Below are positions 58,934 through 64,000 of a stretch of 64,000 bases of DNA, in pieces; the first letter of the stretch is position 1, and each line of letters opens with the position of its first letter. The position numbers were made by a program, and so were the translations under genes. The stretch lies in the NCBI GenBank assembly GCA_965214405.1, contig OZ243956.1:1344001-1408000 (forward strand). The letters are read 5' to 3'. The stretch comes from Trueperaceae bacterium. Its GTDB lineage: Bacteria; Deinococcota; Deinococci; Deinococcales; Trueperaceae. A model generated the notes under the pieces. The model made no database searches, was not told the origin of the DNA, and saw only the letters and a list, made by a program, of their open reading frames with translations.

Positions 58934-59377
58934 TCAAGAAGGGAGGCCGTACTCGATTCGGCCCAAAAGGTCCTCGACCTCCCGCACGCCCGGTTCCGTT
59001 CTGGCAAAGGTGAGCGGCGTTTCTCCTCCTAAAGCGCGTTTGGCCGTACTCAGCCAGCGCCGCGCCGCCTCCAGTTCGCCCAGCACCTGCACCGCGCGCT
59101 CGGTCAAAAAAGCCATGCGGTACAAGCGCTCGCTCTCCTCGACCGAGAGCGAGCCGCTGCGCTTGCGCCGGGCCAAGGTGCTGGGGGTGATTCTGAGAAG
59201 TTCCGCCAGATGCTTTTCCGTCACGCCCAGGGTAGCCGCGACGCGTTCAAAAGCTTCTATCTTTAAGCCTTCATCAACGGCTTCAACCACGGTGAGACGG
59301 TTTCCGGCGGTGAGCCCGAGAAGGTGTGACAAAACGTTGTACGGATTGCTAGCTATGCTGCTGGCTGCGGTTGTCAC
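58934..59377 (-). CDS. Xre/MbcA/ParS antitoxin
   Basis: HTH (STLARRK), EESERLYR, ARRWL...ALGGETP...V..LLGRIEYG. Confidence 0.93.
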   Translation of the reverse strand: MTTAASSIASNPYNVLSHLLGLTAGNRLTVVEAVDEGLKIEAFERVAATLGVTEKHLAELLRITPSTLARRKRSGSLSVEESERLYRMAFLTERAVQVLGELEAARRWLSTAKRALGGETPLTFARTEPGVREVEDLLGRIEYGLPS

Positions 59378-59452
59378 TAAACCTCCTGATAGTCACCAGA
59401 ATGACAACTCGAACTTACCACTTTGGCACCCACCTTGCAACGATAACCGTTT

Positions 59453-60298
59453 TTAACTCGCCTCAAAAAGCCCCGTCTCTTTGCCGATGTGAATGCTTCC
59501 TTCCGCCCCGAGCCTCTCCCTCAGATATTCTTCAAACGCCGCCACCTTCTCCTCAAACGCCGCTTCATCCATGTCAGTCGCACCTACGTCGTCCATAAGG
59601 TCTCTCAGGGCGTTCATTGAAAGGATGTAGGCCACGAGCGGTTCGGCTTCGGTGACCTCTAAGTCACCCTCGAAACGGTGAAGGGTGACGTGGGGGAAGA
59701 AGGGCTCGAGGTGCGCCGCACCGTTCTGGAGCCCAAACCGCCTCGAGCCGGAGATGTCGTAGTCACGCTTCGGTTCGCGCCCCAAAAGACGCGCTTGCAG
59801 CGTCCCCAACTCTTGAAGGTGCCCCGCCCCATTCGTGGCAGCGTAAAGTCTGCCGCCCGGTTTGAGAACGCGGCGGATTTCCGCCAGAGCTTTGGGAATG
59901 TCAGGTACATGATAGAGCATGTGATTGGCAATGACCGCATCAAAAGAAGCGTCATCAAAAGGGATGTCTTGAGCGTCGAGTTGGCGGAAAGAAAAAGAAC
60001 CGTTGAGGCCCTGTACATTCCGCTTCGCCTCCGCCAACATCCCTTCCGAAAAGTCCGACAGCGTCACCTCCCACGTTTGGGGAATGCGGTCGGCGTTTTC
60101 CACCCAGAGCCACGCCGGGCCGCAACCGAGCTCGAGCACGCGCGCATTAGCATGTACATCAAGATGGTCGAAAACCCAGCGGTGCCAGGGATAAGTGTTG
60201 GTGCTGAAGCGTTGGTGAAGCTCCTTCCGGGCTTCTAAATTTGAGGCGTCTTTATACTGCTCGGTTCGTAAATACTCTTGATTCGTCCGCACAGTCAT
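59453..60298 (-). CDS. Class I SAM-dependent methyltransferase
   Basis: VLELGCGPAWLW, DFSEGM, ANHMLYHVPD; AGGAG RBS before ATG 60298. Confidence 0.92.
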   Translation of the reverse strand: MTVRTNQEYLRTEQYKDASNLEARKELHQRFSTNTYPWHRWVFDHLDVHANARVLELGCGPAWLWVENADRIPQTWEVTLSDFSEGMLAEAKRNVQGLNGSFSFRQLDAQDIPFDDASFDAVIANHMLYHVPDIPKALAEIRRVLKPGGRLYAATNGAGHLQELGTLQARLLGREPKRDYDISGSRRFGLQNGAAHLEPFFPHVTLHRFEGDLEVTEAEPLVAYILSMNALRDLMDDVGATDMDEAAFEEKVAAFEEYLRERLGAEGSIHIGKETGLFEAS

Positions 60299-60382
60299 GA
60301 ACTCTCCTCGTTTCTTGGTTTGGCAAATTTTTTTGCAGGGTACGTCACGCCTAAAAATGCGGCGTCCATTATACTCGAGGAC

Positions 60383-61252
60383 ATGCAGCTTCCCGTGCTC
60401 GTTTCCACCCCTCACGCGTCGGGCTTCGTGCCCTTTCACCTCCTCGCCGAGATGCTGGGGGAGGAGGTGTTCAGCCGTGAGGCGCGAGAGCGGCGGCTCG
60501 AGTATCTTTTCGACGAGGGCGACCCCTACACCGACGCCATTTTTTACGCGCCGGGCGCGCGGCACTTGAGCGCCCTAACCTCGCGCTTCGTCGTGGACCT
60601 CAACCGGCCACGCGACTACGGCGGCCCCAACGGCGTCATCAAACTCACCGATTTCCAGACGCAGCCGCTCTATCCGCCCGACTATGCGCTGTCGCCCCAA
60701 GCCGCCGAGGAACGCTTGAGCCGCTACTGGGACCCGTACCACGCGGCGGTGGACGCGGCCCTGGCGCGCAACGACATCTCTTTTTTTATCGACGGTCACG
60801 CGATGTCGCCGGTGGGTCCCGCCATCGGCCCCGACACGGGCAAGCTGCGCCCGGCGCTCACGCTCGTCACGGGCGGCGACGCGCGGGGGGAGCCCCTGGG
60901 GAGCGGCTACACGACGGTGCGCCCGGAGGTCGCGCGCGACCTCGCGTCACTCTTGTGGCGTCACTTTCGCCCGGTTATAGGAGACGCCCCGGAAGTGCCG
61001 CAGGAGGTGAGCATCAACGCACCCTTTATCGTCGGCGAAATCATCCGCCAGCACGCCTCACCGCTACGCCGCACGTCCAAGCCGGGTTTCATGATTGAGG
61101 TCAACCGGGCACTCTATTTGGAGCCCGTCGGCGAACGCTTGAGCCGCCCCATTCCCGGACGAACAGAAGCGCTCAATGGTTGCTTTAACTCATTTTTGCA
61201 AGACGCGGTGGGCCTGATGGCTGAGGCTCGAGTCGCGGCGGGAACGGTTTAG
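60383..61252 (+). CDS. N-formylglutamate amidohydrolase family protein
   Basis: STPHASG, DPYTD, SRFVVDLNR, YWDPYH, IDGHAM, IEVNRALY. Confidence 0.9.
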   Translation: MQLPVLVSTPHASGFVPFHLLAEMLGEEVFSREARERRLEYLFDEGDPYTDAIFYAPGARHLSALTSRFVVDLNRPRDYGGPNGVIKLTDFQTQPLYPPDYALSPQAAEERLSRYWDPYHAAVDAALARNDISFFIDGHAMSPVGPAIGPDTGKLRPALTLVTGGDARGEPLGSGYTTVRPEVARDLASLLWRHFRPVIGDAPEVPQEVSINAPFIVGEIIRQHASPLRRTSKPGFMIEVNRALYLEPVGERLSRPIPGRTEALNGCFNSFLQDAVGLMAEARVAAGTV

Positions 61253-61452
61253 CGGCTGGGTTTACAGTCAGACTTATCTGAACACAAACGCGTCTCAAAA
61301 TCTAGTATGGAGTAGAGGAGCGGAGAAGATAGGGAGACGTTCTCTCGCCCCTCTCCCCTTTATCCCGTCTCCCCACCTCCTTCGCCCCCTACCTCTTCCC
61401 CGCACATCACATAAGCACGTGCTTTAGAATGAGTTTATAGAGGAGGTGCCCT

Positions 61453-62457
61453 ATGGCGGACGCCGCGAACGACGGAACCTTTGCACCTTTGGCGATGGTG
61501 CAGGAGGTGAAAAAAGCTCGAGAAGGCGAACTCCTGCGCCTGCCCAACGTGGTCGGCTTGGGCGTCGGTTATAAACAGGTCGGGGGCGCGAGAACGGACG
61601 AGCTGGCGGTTATCGTCTACGTCGAGCGTAAGGTTGCATCGGGAAGTTTAGGAGACGCGGAGCGCGCGCCGGGGGTGCTCAACGCGCCCGCTCAGGCGCG
61701 GGTGGTGCCGCGGGCGCCGCAAGAGCCCCTGCGGACGCTTTCTCTGCCCGACATGCGCGTCCCCACCGACGTTCAAGAGGTGGGCCGGGTCGAGGCGCAA
61801 ACGTTTGTCGACCGCGTCCGGCCTATTAAACCCGGTTACAGCATTTCTCACTTTGAGGTGACCGCGGGGACCTTTGGCTGCCTCGTGCGGGACGTCGCGC
61901 CGCCGCACGACGTTTACATCCTGTCGAACAACCACGTGCTCGCCAACTCCAACGTGGCCGCGCCCGGCGACGCGGTATTTCAGCCCGGACCCTTTGACGG
62001 CGGCAAGCTAGAGGACACCGTCGCGCACCTCTCGCGCTTCGTGCCCATCTTTTTGGACGACCCCGAGCGCTACAACTTGGTAGACGCGGCGCTCGCCAAA
62101 CCCTTAGACCTCCGGCTCGTCACCTCGTCCATCGTCGGCCTGGGCACGCCCAGGGGCACCAAAGAGGCCGCGCTCGACATGCTCGTGACCAAGAGCGGGC
62201 GCACCACCCAGACCACGACGGGGACAGTCACGGGTATCGACGTGACGATTTCGGTGAATTACGGCGAAGGCGTCGGTTATTTTCGCAACCAAATTCTCAC
62301 CACCGCGATGTCGCAGGGCGGCGATTCGGGGTCGCTACTGCTAAGCCCGGAGCTCGAGGCGACGGGCCTCCTTTTCGCAGGTTCGGAAGCGGTCACGATT
62401 CACAACTCGGTGACCGACGTGCTGATGGCGCTTGGGGTCGAGCTTATTACGGTGTGA
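61453..62457 (+). CDS. Trypsin-like (S1/Nal1-type) serine protease with N-terminal prodomain, no signal peptide
   Basis: AGTFGC, LSNNHV (His), VDAA (Asp), KSGRTT, GDSGS (Ser); GGAGG RBS. Confidence 0.88.
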   Translation: MADAANDGTFAPLAMVQEVKKAREGELLRLPNVVGLGVGYKQVGGARTDELAVIVYVERKVASGSLGDAERAPGVLNAPAQARVVPRAPQEPLRTLSLPDMRVPTDVQEVGRVEAQTFVDRVRPIKPGYSISHFEVTAGTFGCLVRDVAPPHDVYILSNNHVLANSNVAAPGDAVFQPGPFDGGKLEDTVAHLSRFVPIFLDDPERYNLVDAALAKPLDLRLVTSSIVGLGTPRGTKEAALDMLVTKSGRTTQTTTGTVTGIDVTISVNYGEGVGYFRNQILTTAMSQGGDSGSLLLSPELEATGLLFAGSEAVTIHNSVTDVLMALGVELITV

Positions 62458-62481
62458 AGTTGGGGTGTGAGGAGACGAAAA

Positions 62482-62721
62482 ATGGAAGAGACTGTGAGTG
62501 TTGAGAATTTGCGGGTGAGGCTCGAGGGCGAACTCATGCGCCTGCCCGGCGTCGTGGGCGTCGGCACCGGGCGTAAAGAGAACGCGCCTTGTTTGGTCGT
62601 TTACACCTCGGAGCCCGTCGAGGCGGTGCAGCCGCGCCTGCCGCAGGGGCTCCTGACGTCTTCCGTAAGGGTCGAACTGCGTTACGTCGGCGTGATTAGA
62701 GCGCAAGCGCCAACCGACTAA
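62482..62721 (+). CDS. Small protein homologous to the N-terminal domain of the upstream protease
   Basis: EGELMRLPGVVGVGTGRK versus EGELLRLPNVVGLGVGYK; AGGAG RBS. Confidence 0.82.
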   Translation: MEETVSVENLRVRLEGELMRLPGVVGVGTGRKENAPCLVVYTSEPVEAVQPRLPQGLLTSSVRVELRYVGVIRAQAPTD

Positions 62722-64000
62722 GGAAGCCGCGACAGCCAGCGCGCGAAGATAGGGACCGCCGGGTTGTCGCGCGCGGTCGTGACGTCGGCGTGGGTGAGGC
62801 CGGGGAGGATGACGCTCGAGAAGGGTGAGCCCACTCGAGCCGCGGCGTAGGCGGCAAACCCGTCTAAGCTGGGCAAGAGCCCGCGACTCGCGCCCAAGAC
62901 AAGCGTCGGCGTGGGCACCTCGGCGTTGGGAACGAAACCCGGTTCGTCGGCTAAAGTCACGTCTAGGGCGAGGGTGTCGATGAGCAGGCGCACCGGGAAG
63001 TACCACTCGCTGTAGTTCGTCTCCGGCAGCGCCCACGCGCGCACGAATGTTCCCAAGTCGGTGCGCTCGCGCGCCCCGTCGCCGGGCGTCCAGTCGACGT
63101 AAGCGTAACCGTCCGCCACCCCCGCGACGCTTTTGCTGTAGACGCCCTCCCAGCCGTCGAGCAGCACCGCGACTAAATTACCGTCAAACGTTGCCCCGAC
63201 CGCGTCACCGATGGACACGCTGAAAATGGGCGAGGGGCCGTACTGGTCGTCACGCGACAGCCCGAGCACGGCGCGGTTGGTGGCCGGAAAATCCTCCAGA
63301 CCGGGCGGGGCGAGTTCTAAAGGTTCGAGAAGCGCCAGGAGCGCCTTGGCCTCGGAGCGGGCGTAAAGCTTCGGGGAAAAGGCGGCGGTGAAGTAGGGAT
63401 TGCCCTCGCCCGCCTCGAGTTCCGCCGCCGTCGCCACGAGCCGAAAAGGCCCGATAGACAAACCGCGGTCCGCCCGCGCAAAGCCGCCCGTGCGCCCCAA
63501 AGCCCCGTCGAGCAGCACCAAGCCGTCGATATGCGCGTACCCTGGGTCGGCCTCGCCCGCATCGCCAAAATCATACGCCGCGTAAAAAGACACGAGGCTC
63601 GCGCCCAACGAGTGCCCGCCCAAGATGACGCGAGGCGCTTTCTCCCCGGCCTCTTTGACGATTTCGTGGAGGTCGCGCAGGTGGACAGTCAAGCCCCAAT
63701 AGGCCATAAAACGCACCTCGTCGGGCGGCACGAGCCTGAACCCATCGGCCTTGCCCGCATTGGCGACGTAAAACTCGTAGGCGGGGGTGGGGTCGCTGGC
63801 TTCTAAACTCTCTATCGCGGCGCGGCGGTCTTCCAGCGCGTTGGCGCGGCGGTCGACCGCCCAGACCTCGAGGCCCGGCACGCTGGCGACAAGTTGGCGC
63901 GCCAGCGGGTCAAAAGAGGTCGCGCCGCCAAAAATACCCGGCACGAGCACGAGGACCGTGGGGGGGGGTTCGCCTGAGTCCGGCTCCACGTGGTAGCGCA
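62718..64000 (-). CDS. Alpha/beta hydrolase, 5' end outside window
   Basis: LVPGIFGG, AVDRR, GHSLG nucleophile elbow, THAD; frame open to the window edge. Confidence 0.85.
   Translation of the reverse strand, partial: RYHVEPDSGEPPPTVLVLVPGIFGGATSFDPLARQLVASVPGLEVWAVDRRANALEDRRAAIESLEASDPTPAYEFYVANAGKADGFRLVPPDEVRFMAYWGLTVHLRDLHEIVKEAGEKAPRVILGGHSLGASLVSFYAAYDFGDAGEADPGYAHIDGLVLLDGALGRTGGFARADRGLSIGPFRLVATAAELEAGEGNPYFTAAFSPKLYARSEAKALLALLEPLELAPPGLEDFPATNRAVLGLSRDDQYGPSPIFSVSIGDAVGATFDGNLVAVLLDGWEGVYSKSVAGVADGYAYVDWTPGDGARERTDLGTFVRAWALPETNYSEWYFPVRLLIDTLALDVTLADEPGFVPNAEVPTPTLVLGASRGLLPSLDGFAAYAAARVGSPFSSVILPGLTHADVTTARDNPAVPIFARWLSRLP

Noticed and set aside
60299..60565. N-terminal extension of the methyltransferase
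   Set aside because: Overlaps the divergent amidohydrolase; an RBS supports ATG 60298.

Overview
GC-rich chromosomal window, most likely from a Deinococcota (Truepera-like) genome; this is inferred from gene content and from many -10 boxes sitting directly before start codons. Housekeeping genes include holA, coaD, rpsT, trpS, pyrE, pheA, carB, rnr and serS. A competence block (bdbDC-like, comEA, comEC), a sugar-type ABC importer and stress genes (spore photoproduct lyase family, desiccation ferritin-like protein, sodC) are interleaved with small accessory islets. The standout is a single 722-aa ORF (18843-21011) fusing a membrane domain, an intact GGEEF diguanylate cyclase and a complete class I terpene synthase, preceded by a perfect CRP-type box. 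Other notable items: a solitary integron-like gene cassette with an attC site; a protease followed by a free-standing copy of its own N-terminal domain; a truncated, frameshifted array of paralogous lipoproteins; a complete ISKra4-like IS with 9-bp target duplication; three decayed and one intact TA module; and strong over-representation of the palindrome CTCGAG. I saw no rRNA, tRNA or CRISPR array. All calls are by eye, without database searches.
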